This document shows positions 40,316 through 52,871 of a DNA stretch of 64,000 bases, one piece after another; within the stretch, counting starts at the first letter, position 1, and every line of letters starts with the position of its first letter. Where the stretch lies: NCBI RefSeq assembly GCF_902459465.1, contig NC_047063.1, positions 11,346,001 through 11,410,000 on the forward strand, written 5' to 3'. Both the position numbers and the translations under genes were made by a program. Under the pieces are notes generated by a model. That model did not search any database. It saw only the letters and a list, made by a program, of their open reading frames with translations, and was not told where the DNA came from. Source of the DNA: Asterias rubens. Lineage: Eukaryota.

Positions 40316-43300
40316 TTAAGTTAGAAGAACAGATCGTTAAGGCCTACAATCGTAAATAATCGTATGGGTACAAAATCTTTGTGTTTAGGGAATCAGGAAT
40401 GCCATTTTAACTGACTCGAAAACCTCAAAAAATTAACACCCCTTTAATAGTTGTTGGGTTCTTGGAGTTGTGTATTGGTCGTTATTTCTGCTTGCCTGCC
40501 ATACGTGAAGTGCATGACAAATCACATACAATGCTGCGCTGCTGGTGCACAGATTGATGTGCTCAAACCTTTCACGTCTGTTTGTGAAAAAAGAACTGCA
40601 GACAAGAGAAGCCTTTTCGGTTTGGCAAGCTGCTCTTAAATAAACACTAAATGTCAGTCCCTTTCCCCCCTTTTTTTCCTTTCCTTTTTTGAGCTTGCAT
40701 ACACTGCATTCTTTGCCTGAACCCCCCCCCCCCCCCCCCTCCTCTAACCACAATCACCCCTTGAAAACAGAAAGACAAGAACACAGTGAGTTGCAAAAAA
40801 AAAGGGAAGGAAAAACAAGATTTTTACTGCCCTTAGACAAATCCTGTAGCCAAGCAACCAGTACCTTTTATGACTACAGCTGAAAAGCTGGCAGTCCAAA
40901 GTTCAGGAGTGTACAGTTTGCGTACATTCCTGTTGTATAGTGAATGTGTAGCAGAACCTGTCGAATACAGGCCAGGAATTAGCACTCCAGCTATTTTATT
41001 GCCAGTTGTCAATATTTGTTCATCTCGGGGGGAAACTATTTTTCTATTTTGTCTTCTGTTAACATTAACCGAACGTGGTGCGTGTATGTTCATAAGTGGT
41101 TGGAGAGATTTATAAATTCTTGCACTGTGAAATATTAACCCTACTTCTGTAGAATTGCGACCCTGGTTTTGTTATTAAAATCATATGCAAGTATTATTTC
41201 ACTTTCTGAGAATATTTCTAAATGGTTGTCTTATTTGGAACTTGGCTAAATATCAAATGATGCAATTAGTTTGAAAGTCAAATGTACAATACAATATTGA
41301 ATATGATCAAAGCTGCAAATTAATAATTTTGTGTTCAATTTGATTGAAGTTTTTTTTTTTTCAATTTAAGACCAGCAGTGCCATGTATGCAAAGTAAAAT
41401 TTCCTCCTGAAATACTTGGTAAAAACAAGCAAAATACCCTTGATCTTCTATAATTTAGACTTAAAACTTTGAAATAAGTCCCTTTTCTGACTGCATGGGT
41501 TTTCTCTGGGTTTTTCCTCCCACAACTATATTTGAAATTTCCTTCCATGTCTTTTCTCCATGGGATTCTTGGCTAATACAGTAATTAAGTTTGCTTTCCT
41601 TAGGGTCCTTGGCTTCACATTCAGACTAAATTAAATAAAATGAAATGTACAGCGTCACCTAATTTAATTGTTTCTTGGCTGATGTTTTTTTTTTTTAAGT
41701 TAGAGGAACTTATTTGACTGCACTCATTTAAAAAAACTAAAATTTGAGGAGCAGATACTGAAATACATGCACAGTTGAGTCTTAATGGTATTTGCACTCC
41801 CCCTTTATAATTCCTTCTACCCTGGGTATGCTGGGTAATGCTTCAGTTGAACGTGGTCAGTGATGCATGCATGCTCAAAAGTGTTCATGTACTTCATGGG
41901 TTAGTGGAATGCCTTTATGTGGCCAATAGAGGGCAGGAGACACAAGTTTCTGGTGGCAATATAATGCTGGGTATGAAGCCATACACACTATAGTAAGTAT
42001 TATGGACAATATTAATGACAGGTTTTCCATTGAAACCTATGCATTTATTAAGTTAATATTTAGGGTTGGGTCACTGCCTTTTCTGCAGTTGCCATCACTT
42101 ATGAAAAAAATCACAAATTCAAGAGACAGATTCTTGTAGAATTTATACAAACTGAGTCTGTCTGATTACTTTGCTAAAGGTTTAGAATTCTGTTAGTAAA
42201 GTAACTTGTAAGCCATTTAGCTGTAGTTTCATAAACAAAAGCTATGCCAACCAGAAGAAAATCAAGTAGGGTTTCATCTCATTTTTTGTTTGTTTTATAT
42301 TATGAAAACAGCAGAAATGTATTCAAAATGGTTTGTACATCTGTCAAATAAATAGATTTTCAACTCTCATGTTCCGTGAAGAGCAAACAAAAACTGTATT
42401 TCCCGGGCAGAGACACATTTCTCTATGTGGTTGTTAGCATAAATTGAATGATTTGTCATTCAAGTAATGTGAATTAGCCTATTTATTAGTGTGGAGGACT
42501 GAGCTTCTTATATTTCTCTCTTTCCAATAATTGTGAAAACTCCAATGTTTGTGAAAACATTCACCTCTGGAAGGAATAAAAAAAAGTTACGATCTCATTT
42601 AAAATTCTTTACAATAATACTTGATTTATCTCTTTGACGTCGACCATAGTGCCACAATGCTGAATGAGAATCAGCCGAAGCCGTTTCCATAAACAACTGT
42701 CAGGTCACTGAAGGGCTTTGTACTTTCTCTTCTCATAAACGTCAGCCAGAATGACTGCTGATCGTCCACAAGGAGAGACGGTTACAGTAATAAAAACCAC
42801 CACCGCACTATTAGTCTCTGATCATTAATCACGTTCCTTACTACCGTCATATTCTTCATTATCGACCCTAACCAGTTAGGGATTCATTGTTTGTGTGAGC
42901 GAGTCAACAACAGCTAATTTGTATATTTGTAAAAAGGACTTTTTTTTCCTTGTTTATGATGAATCATAGATGATACAGATGATGGTGTGGAGACTCCTGT
43001 TTTATTCTACGACGTCGTTGTCGTAGCTGAAATAAGCAAGTTAGGTTGATGTATAATTCTGTAGTAGCGTGGTTTGGAATGAGCAAGTTAAGAATCCAAA
43101 CTGAAAGGTCAGGCTAGTCATAATTCGATTTTAATGCATTTATTATTCAGTACTGTCTAAATGCGTCAGTTCGGTTCTAAAATAAAACCGGGTGGATCTT
43201 CAGATGTGTGTTTGTGTCAAATGTCATGATACAAGCAGATCTTGTCGTTTCACAAGGGGTTCTTATGCTGCATGTAAACGTATTGGAATGTTATCTCTAA

Positions 43301-43350
43301 GCACCAGCATATTTAATATTCTGCAACCTTACATTGAAGCTTTTGCCTCT

Positions 43351-43396
43351 GAATTGGCTTAGGGAAAGGTTATGAATTGGCTTAGGGAAAGGTTAT
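43351..43396. repeat. 23-bp perfect tandem duplication (gaattggcttagggaaaggttat)
   Basis: Direct reading. Confidence 0.9.
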
Positions 43397-43737
43397 TATT
43401 TGATAGTGTGACTGAAAGTGTCAACAATGTCAAGTTTGATTACAGACTATCATTACATTCGCTTTTAGGTATAAAACTATTTTCCAAAAATTTGGGGGGG
43501 GGGGGTGGGGTATTGTCCTTATGTGTTCGTCAAGGGGGTCAAACCTGCTGATCATTGTTGATGCATGAACCTATGTCAAGTGTTGTTCAACATTTTACTA
43601 TGTTATTTTGTATACCTGTAACAGTTTGTTTTGTGGTGAAAGTGCCATTAACAGAAGAAACAGCTTATGGAAAGATGCACCCGGAAAATATATTTATTAT
43701 TATGTAGAGTGGAATACAACTTGTGTATGTTAGTAGT

Positions 43738-43768
43738 GGGGGGGGGGGGGGGGGGTGTGGGGGGGGGG
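43738..43768 (+). repeat. G-rich tract (G18-TGT-G10)
   Basis: Direct reading. Confidence 0.9.
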
Positions 43769-45339
43769 TAGGAGGATGGGCGTGTCTGTACCTCCAAAGA
43801 GAGGGAGTTGGAAAAGGAGGACTCTGGTTCCTCAATTTGAGTAAAATGTTTCCTAATAGAATAAAATGATTGATCTGGATCCACTATAGAATCAGCACTC
43901 GATATTCATTGGCCTCATATTCACAAACCATTTATGTACAAATTCCACAATTTATATTCAACAATTCAACCATCCATATTCCGCTGTTGGTTTTGTTTTT
44001 TGTTTGCGTACTGTATGTGTGTTCAACACTTTTTGCTTTATTCATGCCCCATGCATTTATGCACACGACAAAAAAGGAAGAAAACAATTTCAATGCAGAC
44101 TAGAGCGAGACGCTACTTGATAGGAGTTCAAACAGGCCCCTGGGCTACTGTTAAAAGCCTTTTCTTGCTGGGACGTGATTTAGAAATATTGAAAATGGGG
44201 AAAAGAGGAAGGAGAACAATAAGAAATTGATTAGGCCTAGTTGGAGTGGGATTATGTTCATGGTAATTTATTAAGATTTGGGTTTGAGGAGTGTATAGTC
44301 TATGGATCGGGTCTCGGTGCGTTGGGTTACATTTATGTGTCTATTACATGGATACATGAATATGTTACAAAACATGAAGAAACATGATCAACGCGAGGAA
44401 ACTGATAGGTGTACACTGACCACCAACTAAGGATACATACATGCGATGCGTTCTTATTAGTTGTGGAAACTGTAGTCAGGGGATTGATGAAATTACAGGT
44501 TTTGTCAATCAATGGGTCAACTGGATCTCAACTGTGTATGTCATATGAAATATATATACATCATTTTAAAGTGATTTTTGATGATTTTATTGTCAATCTG
44601 GTTTCCATTTGAAACTGCAGGACTGCTTTAAATTAGTGCACAACAGCCTAAGAGAAACATTTTATTAATTGTTTTTATTATTTGGTTTATTGCTAAAATC
44701 ACATTGCAGCAAAAAAAAAAGGCAGAATTACATGACAATTACAATATTAAAAGACACAAAAAGTTGCATTATTAAAAATTCAGTAAATCTGAGACAAAAA
44801 AATAAAAGGAAAATTTTACTAAAACTCTACAAAAGACAAACAGACAAACCATATTACAAGTGCATGCATATTTAACATTGACATATATTTAGTAAAAAGA
44901 TATATATTTGTGTACATATGCATCAAGTGTTTCAGAGCATTTCAATAAAAAGTAATAATAATAAGCTGCACTTAAAAAGTGCCTCAAACACAAATGTCCC
45001 GAATCAATTTTCAAAATAAATTTGAATATGAGAGTAAAACAAGGATGTTGTTTTTCCTATGATCAGTAGACTCTGAGGAATGAATCCCACTGGAAACGGA
45101 GAGTGTGCGTCTTAAAATATTCCGAACGCGAAGTCTCTCTCTCTGATATTAAATTGACGAGCGTTGCTATGTATCCTAGGCTACCAGTAGGGATTTCTGT
45201 AATAATAACGGGCTATATGTATAAGATAGAACAGCATTGCACTACTACACAACCTTCCTCAGACTTTGTTGTAACAAACAAGCAGTGATATCATTGAACT
45301 GCAAACTCAACAGAATCCCTAGGCCACGGTGACTCACAC

Positions 45340-45622
45340 GCAGTTAAAGAAGCCACCGTGGTAATGCAACAAATAAGACCCAACTAAAAAAAGAAAGAAG
45401 AAAAAAATGAAAGGAGAAAATGCCTGCAGGGGTGTATAGCTTAAACATTCAAAACCTGAACCAACAGGAAAAACACAGTTTAAGAAGCCACCATGGTAAT
45501 GCAACAAACAGGACCCAAGTAAAAAATAATAATAAAAAAAAGAAAAAAGTGAGAGGAGAAAATGCCTGCAGGGGTGTATAGCCTGAAACATTCACATAAT
45601 AAAAACCTGAACCAACAGGAAA
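45340..45622. repeat. ~135-bp diverged tandem duplication
   Basis: aagaagccaccRtggtaatgcaacaaa...ggagaaaatgcctgcaggggtgtatagc...aaaacctgaaccaacaggaaa occurs twice. Confidence 0.9.
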
Positions 45623-48600
45623 CTTGGGGTCGGCACAAAAAATTGCATTAATGTTAGCTCGACGTTGTCTAAACATTGAAACAAATCAGAATCAGGGGAG
45701 GAGTAAGGTGTGGAGTGGGTCATCTTATCGGAATGGTCTCTAACTGTCTTGAGACTAAAGCAAACATTTATGTGCCAGTGTTATGTTTCAGGATTTTTTA
45801 ATCTAAGGTTCTAGGCCGCAGGTCATATTGTTATCATCATCTTTTTTTCTCTCTTTTTTCGTCTTTTATTAAATTTGTGTACTTTTTTTTATTGGAGAGG
45901 GTGGGAGGGATGGCGAGTGATACCTGATCAGAGGGGAGACTGGTTTTTGATAGAGGCGCTATCGTTCCCAGTGGCTGGAGGCTTTCTTGCTTACTACTAC
46001 TACTACAAATAAACATAAATTCTGATGTTTGTAATAGATGTATGATTAGGACTGCAGGATTGGTGCGCTACTTCAGCATGTTTATTATAAACAATCATAA
46101 ATTATGAGTACAAATTGTTGAAAGTAATCAAAGCTGTGGGTTTTTTAAAAAGGATTTTTTACTGCAAGTTTCTTTTTTGGCTATTTTTTACTATAATTAA
46201 ATTTGGGGGAAACTCCATGTATTTCTTGCAACTAGCAAGAATTTGACAGTCTTGTTCGTCTGATTAATGATTAACTCATATCATATTGGGACATTCATTC
46301 GAACATTTTACCTGTTCATATATTTTTGACATCCCATGTTTCTGTCTAGTGTCAGCTAAATTTAAATAATTGAACAGTAGGTTTGAGTAGTTTCGTTCAT
46401 ACTACCCCAGTGTGCTGTCAACACGCTCTGAAAACCAGTAATAACCCAAACCCAAGCTGTTTGCTGTCACATCAATTGCACGGATGCCAAAACCCTCCAA
46501 CAAAACAATAACCAGATATATGACAGCGGACAGGTTCATCAACACTTTTACGTCTCGCTATATTAGGATCGGAGACAAGAAGACTGTCTCTCTGAGTGAC
46601 TCACTCATGAAATCCATATTAAGACTAATTGTTTGATGGGCTCTCCCCCCAATCTTGGGGTCGTTGGTGTCTGTAGTTTTTAATCACAGCTCTGTTGAAT
46701 ACACCTTTGAGCTTTGTGCGTATTGATTAAGGAAGTACCACTTTTCAGAAATGTTGTGATAATGGTAGAGAGTTGTCGTGCTAATTGGATAATTGAATAT
46801 TGAGAACTGCGACCAATAAGATGTTTGCGGTGATGAGTTTTGGAGTGATGGTGTTGTTAATGTCAGACGTCTTGTCTTTACTTCTTTGTTAATTTTGTAC
46901 TGGGACGAAATGAAAAGGTTTCAAACTACTTGAAAATATTATTTTGGTTTGACCCAAATGCACTGATGTGTGTTAGCACCGTATACTCAGTACTTTCCAG
47001 AGCTCTGTGAACAAAAATCATACTTGAAAATAGTTTCCTTAGAAATAAAATGGTCTTTGATAGGCACTGCTTAACTGTATAAAACCAAGAATCGACACTT
47101 TCCGGGTGAGCAAGGAATATTTGTATGTGAGTATTTGTTTAAGTCACTCTGCCAAGAAGCACTGAATTTGTGTGTTAAGTTTTCCTCACAAGCAAAAATA
47201 TAAATTTTGTTTTTTTAGTAAGACCTTTTTTCAATGTCAAGACATTTCAACGTTTAAAAGTATGTGTTCTGTAAATCTGAATCGCTCTTCTACTAAGTCC
47301 CAGAACATAAGAACATGTACTTCACGCATGTCACCACCCTTCTTACCTGTCCCCCCCCCCCATAATCCTTAGCTTTACATACAATGACCATGCTAAGCAC
47401 AAAGATCCCCCTCCTAGTATTGACACCTGAAAAGCTGCCCTTTTCCCTACGCTGAATTCAGGCAGAACGCTTTACCTCTCTCTCCATCAATCTTACGGCA
47501 CATTATCGTCAGTTCAGGGCAGACAGGCAGACTCTGCAAGAGATCTTTGGAGTAGAGTCGTTGTTGCACCTTGATGCACCGGCAGCAAAGGGTGAAGCTA
47601 GCGCAGCGCTTAATGAGCCATGGAGTCAATTTGTTGCTTGAAGTAGCTTTCATCTTCTGTTATTGCTCCTTGTAAAAAGCCACAGCAGTAAGATTTATTA
47701 CACACCACTACAGTTCCTGATTGCTCATGTGTTTAAAATCGAAGGAAGATTTTTCAAAATTAAACTGGGTCACGGGGTGATGCAGGAGAGGGGGATAATG
47801 TTTTACAGAACGTGACACACACTTTATTTATATATCTATTTATTTATTTATCTATGGTTTGACTGTCAGAATTTTGATGAGATGAAATGCAGCAATTGAT
47901 TTGATGGTTCTTCTTAATTCAGCAACAAGTAACTTACATTATGCGAGAGTATCTCAACGTTTATGTTCATGAAATTAAGTGGGTTTTTATTTATTGATGA
48001 CTTGTCAAGCATGACGGATAAGTGTGTTAAGTTATTCATAAAAAGATAGGCATAGAAGTGTGATTGATGACAATATGCTCATGAATCGGTCTGCTCAACC
48101 AAACAAACCAAGCTCTACTACATGTTTGTGGATTGGTATCACTATCTGTTTCTTGGACTCTCGCAACATAATCAGTTACTTGGCTTGTCTTGAATGTAAT
48201 GTTCACATTAAGCTTAAAATAATTTTCCATTATAAGGGTGTAATATTGAAAGCGAAATTCCAGATGGAATTACACTCTCCAAATAATTCTGAGCTGTTAA
48301 ACATTAACAAAGGGCCACTGAGCAAATAAGATCCATTTCCATCTTGATTTAGAATCCGTATCCCTTATGGATTCCCCGATGAATAGGATGGCCCAGTTTC
48401 TCTCTCTAACGTCCTTTCAAAGTAGACACAATCGTTTGCTAGAAATAAGGTCAGTAGATCATGGAGTAATGCAACAAGAGCTGACAATTTACACAAAACA
48501 CTTGTAAAGTGTATCGGTAAATGTCTCCACGTCTCCTCCTCTCACTTTTGATGATATTTCCTGACGAGGAAGACCGGGTACACCTGCTGCCAGCAGCATC

Positions 48601-49340
48601 CCAGACACGCACGGCCGAAATGCGAAACCGCCGGCGTGAACCTCTCTTTGTTCCTGCTCTGTTTAATGAATGCATAAATGAATGACTCAGACTGGCCATT
48701 GCTTGCCAAAGTGTATTTTTTTCTTCTTTTCTCTGCATCCATGATAGCGATATTTAAAGAACATGTGAAAAGGGGAATGAAATTAGAAATATTATACGGT
48801 TAAGAGTGGTAGGGGGATGCCATCGAGCCTAACTGACCCAAAAACATGAAAAATGATCGGACATCTTAAAAGTGGGAAAAGTTTTGGGTTTCAGCCGAAC
48901 GCATAAAAGACGCGTAATTTGTTATGAATTTAGACTGATTAAATTTAAATAAGAAAGTAGGTTAAAAAATTGTTTATTTAAGGCTGTGCATGTTATTCCT
49001 CTGATTTACAGTATAAAATAATAATAATAGTGGCTTCGGTGACACTCCTGGCGCTGTAACAAATGGTAATTCCTGCAATGTATGTGGGACTTTGTTTTAC
49101 ATTACTAGACCTTATCCTTAAAAAAAAGTTGAATGCATACAACTACTTTTTTCCCAACTATGTTTATCTGAGTTTCAGATAATAATCAGTTCACCAATTC
49201 CATGTTTGAATTAAAACAAATGTCTGAATTGAATTTCTGTGTCTTCGCTAAAATAACTTGGTGTATATTTGTCAGCACCATTTTCAAAAAGATTTTGCAT
49301 TCTTCTTATTTTTGTTTATTTATTCCTTTTTGTTTTTCAG

Positions 49341-49450
49341 ACTGCGACTTTGATATTAGACGATTGTAATGCTGCCGTATCGCTAGAACATGCGATGGAT
49401 CTTGGAAACTACTCCTGCGCGGCATCGGTAACACAAGCTGGGAAAATGAG
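49341..49450 (+). CDS. CELSR: CELSR exon (110 nt, phase 0-2): LamG1 (TATLILDDCNAAVSLEHAMDLGNYSCAASVTQAGKMR)
   Basis: Acceptor tttttcag|, donor AG|gtaaag. DDC...LGNYSCAA motif of CELSR LamG1. Confidence 0.93.
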
Positions 49451-49824
49451 GTAAAGTTAATTTTAATTGGAACAAGATTGATCAAAGATAAGTAATTAGA
49501 GAACTTGGTGGGGAGAAAAAGAAGGGGGGATCTACAATATTGCAGGGGTTGTAGCTCAAAAGTTTTACTGGACCAGAAAATTTGTTACAAGAGCAGAATT
49601 AAAAAGAGAAGTAAAAAAAAAAACTAAAAAAAAAAAATGCCACACTGTGTGACTATTAAACTGTCTGTATTTGAGTGCGACAAGTCAACAGATTTGAACA
49701 TTTCTTTGAATGTTAAATTACTTTTGCCTGATGGCAAAAAACACTATGTTCGGGGCAGCGGTCCGGTATATATTTTGAGATCTGTTGCCACAGACACAGA
49801 CCCTTACAGATTCCCATGGTCAAA

Positions 49825-50003
49825 CAGGCCTGTATGCTTTGTTTTTGAAAGGGCAGGGTCAACAAGGCATTTTCTCCTTGGTAAAGGGCACCATATGAGG
49901 AAATTAGACAACATTTCTACCAGAGCATTTCGAGGGCAATAAGGCAATGACCAGGGGGCATGGAGGCAATCACCTTCGTTGCCTCTGTGAAGTATCAGGC
50001 CTG
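49825..50003 (+). mobile_element. MITE family A copy
   Basis: Perfect CAGGCCTG at both ends; lies 57 nt upstream of the 50061 exon. Confidence 0.8.
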
Positions 50004-50060
50004 CCCTATAAAAGATTTGCATGTTCAGGATTGATGACTTTAGCATTTGTCTCTCGATAG

Positions 50061-50362
50061 ATTTCTGGACATGAATGGTCCTCTCTTATTGGGAGGCCTT
50101 CCAATGCTGCCTGAGGACTTCCCCGTGGTCAACACAGACTTTGTAGGCTGTATCCAAGACGTCTACATAGACAGTGAGCTCTTAGACATGGCCACAGCGA
50201 CCAACCTGGAACCCATGGGAGACACGTTACCGGGGTGCTCTCATCTACAGGACTTCTGCTCCAGCAATCCGTGCGGGATTGAGGGCGGTCGATGCTTGAC
50301 CGAATGGAATGGGTACAGGTGCCTCTGCCCAGACGGATGGGGCGGTCGGAATTGTCAGGAAG
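50061..50362 (+). CDS. CELSR: CELSR exon (302 nt, phase 2-1): end of LamG1 and EGF (FLDMNGPLLLGGLP...FVGCIQD...CSSNPC...CPDGWGGRNC)
   Basis: Acceptor gatag|A, donor AAG|gtacgc; within ORF 50047..50385. Confidence 0.95.
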
Positions 50363-51036
50363 GTACGCAAGTCATATCATGCTAAACTTCTTCTAATATT
50401 ATTATACACTGAATGCATTAACAGAATGGAAGGTGTGATTTTTCTCCGCCCATTTTTGGCTTCACACACCAGCTTTTTGCGAGTAGAATTCAGATTTGTG
50501 TTTTTTTTAAAATAAAATGTTGACTTTATACTAATTTTCCATCAAAGGCATTATGTACTGTAAGGACAAAACAAGTACAAGAGTAACACTATGCCACTCA
50601 ACAGAGCAAGGAAACAAGAGAGAGGGCCCTTCCTCTTTCATAGATAATAAATTGTGAAGGATTGAAGTCAAACGCTCTTGCTCCTAGTAATCCTTTTTTC
50701 TCTTTTTTTTTTCTCAATTATTTTATTCGCCATAACAGTACAAAACAAAATACAAAACAATATGTACCCCAAGATGGGCAACAGACAACAAAAGCAAATA
50801 CATACTATGATCCACAGATCTGTTGCCCCACATGTGGGGTACACAATGCTATAAATATATTTTAACATCTATGAAATTAGATATGAAATTAGATATAAAT
50901 ATAGATAAACATTATAGTACACAAAGCAATACAAAAACATTTAAGCAAACAAATAATGGAGGATACAAAATATTAAACAGGACTACAGAGGGTGTTAAGA
51001 ATCATCTGTCTGTGTTCCCCCCTCTCCTTCTAACAG

Positions 51037-51203
51037 AATACGAAGACGTGGTGTCCTTCCAAGGTAACGGGATGTTGACCTTCCCAGCTCAGAGTTCACC
51101 CATCACCATCCCATGGTTGAATCGTGTAGTATTCCGCACTAGAGATATCAATGGATTGCTGCTCAACATTGAGTTATCCTCTTCAATCAACATACAAATA
51201 GAG
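51037..51203 (+). CDS. CELSR: CELSR exon (167 nt, phase 1-0): start of LamG2 (YEDVVSFQGNGML...PWLNRVVFRTRDINGLLL...IE)
   Basis: Acceptor taacag|, donor GAG|gtaggt; FRTR motif. Confidence 0.92.
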
Positions 51204-51631
51204 GTAGGTAGTACATTAAACGGGCCTTTTACTCTATCCTTGAAGGGGCATCAACAAGTTGAAGGCACTGGACACTATAGACCCCTTGCACGTGATGTCA
51301 CACGCCCTCACTAGGGTCATAAAGCGCCCTCACTGGGTTCAAAGGAGGGCAAGTGATTTGACGATAGCTGTTCTTTGTGCATAAAAACGTGCACCTGAGC
51401 TCAGTGTCCCTTTAGCCTTTGGCGTTATGCATTCCTGCGAATGCGGTGCAAAATTTAGTGATGCAGTAATCGGTATGCGCTGTTTTTTTTCTTGTGGCGC
51501 AAGAAACTTTGCCACGCACGAAGCATTCGCAGGAATAGGAACCGGGCTTCACTTGCTCATTTTGGAAATTTTTCTAACTATTTCTTTTCATCTGGCAGCA
51601 TTTAACACCTTTGATTTTGTTTTCTCTGTAG

Positions 51632-51778
51632 ATTGACTCTGGTGAGATACTCTACCGCACCTCTTCATTGGCAGTCAAGTTGGATGGTGTTGTGGTGAAT
51701 GACGGCGAATGGCACGACTTCACTGCCGAGTGGAAGAACAACCAGATTGTCCTAACACTGGATTTTGGCAAACACACG
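51632..51778 (+). CDS. CELSR: CELSR exon (147 nt, phase 0-0): LamG2 (IDSGEILY...VNDGEWHDF...TLDFGKHT)
   Basis: Acceptor ctgtag|, donor ACG|gtaaaa; VNDGEWH motif. Confidence 0.92.
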
Positions 51779-52342
51779 GTAAAAGCTTTCTCTGACTTTC
51801 AGGCATGATACTCTTTCTACTTTAGTCTTATTTCTGATTTTTTGTTTGCCCTTTGGAAAAATCAGAAAAATTGTGATTAAATAGCCTGAAAAAAAGTCTT
51901 CTTAAACTTACACCATGTGTCCATGTACCCAGGTAGGCCAGTTTTTTCAAAGGACCAAATGTCATGCCGGACTTCAGACAAATAAGAAACGTACCGTAAA
52001 TGTGAATAAAGAGCAGAACTAAATTTGGTTATGTATATGCGCTCACACTTGTTGGAGCATGACTTGCGACGGCGTCATATGTGGGGTATACGTCCAATTG
52101 GATGGGTGGTTTGGAAAGTTCAGTTAATGCATTTGAAGGATGGGGGTCGTTGGTGGTTACCAGCTAAAATACCATTTTACAAGTACAAAATGTAACTGGT
52201 ACCCTACTTAGTTGTGGTTAGCAGATAAATGCTCAGCAAAATGTTTTGCTTAAGCAGCTCTTTGAAACTGGGCCCAGGGGTCAGTCAATCATTACAGGGT
52301 CTAAACCGTAACTAACTTTCTTCTCCATGAAAATGTTCATAG

Positions 52343-52616
52343 AAATCTGTCGCGGCACAGGACACCATTGCAGACCAGACAGTCACCCTCATTCAAGCCG
52401 GTAGCTTACTGAAGAACGACGACAGTCTTTGGCGTGAATTCACTGGCTGCATGCAAGGAATGAAGGTTGGAGATGCGGTCTTGGCCCTGGCAGACAGCGA
52501 ACAGCTGAATATCCAAGTGGGATGTGATCAGGTGGATGTCTGTCAGTTTGCCATGTGCCCAGACTCTAGTGTCTGCATGGATCTGTGGGGGAAACATGAG
52601 TGTGTTTGCAGACAAG
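52343..52616 (+). CDS. CELSR: CELSR exon (274 nt, phase 0-1): end of LamG2 and EGF (KSVAAQ...FTGCMQG...CPDSSVCMDLWGKHECVCRQ)
   Basis: Acceptor catag| (an in-frame alternative cag| would start the exon at 52361), donor AAG|gtgagt. Confidence 0.88.
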
Positions 52617-52693
52617 GTGAGTATTAAGAACATTGACGACTGACTAACAGTGGAGGATGCACAAAACTTTTTTATGAATAGTCTACCTTATTA

Positions 52694-52871
52694 AGCCTGG
52701 TTCATAATTCCTTACGAATGCGAACCCGAAGCGAATTTTGACACCACATGGCTGTTTTTGCAACTCCCGTGAAACACAGTTCAACTGTTGCGATTTATTC
52801 GTTGTGAATTTGTGACTTGTGACATCAACATTTGTATCGTATTCGCATTCGCAGGTAGTATGAACCGGGCT
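52694..52871. mobile_element. PIF/Harbinger-like MITE family F (TIR AGCCTGGTTCATA..., TTA target duplication)
   Basis: TTA on both sides; relatives at 16846-17004, 24214-24376 and 51430-51549. Confidence 0.75.

Noticed and set aside
46640-46900. Possible degenerate Penelope-like retroelement linker on the minus strand
   Set aside because: The resemblance needs several assumed frameshifts and cannot be supported without tblastn.
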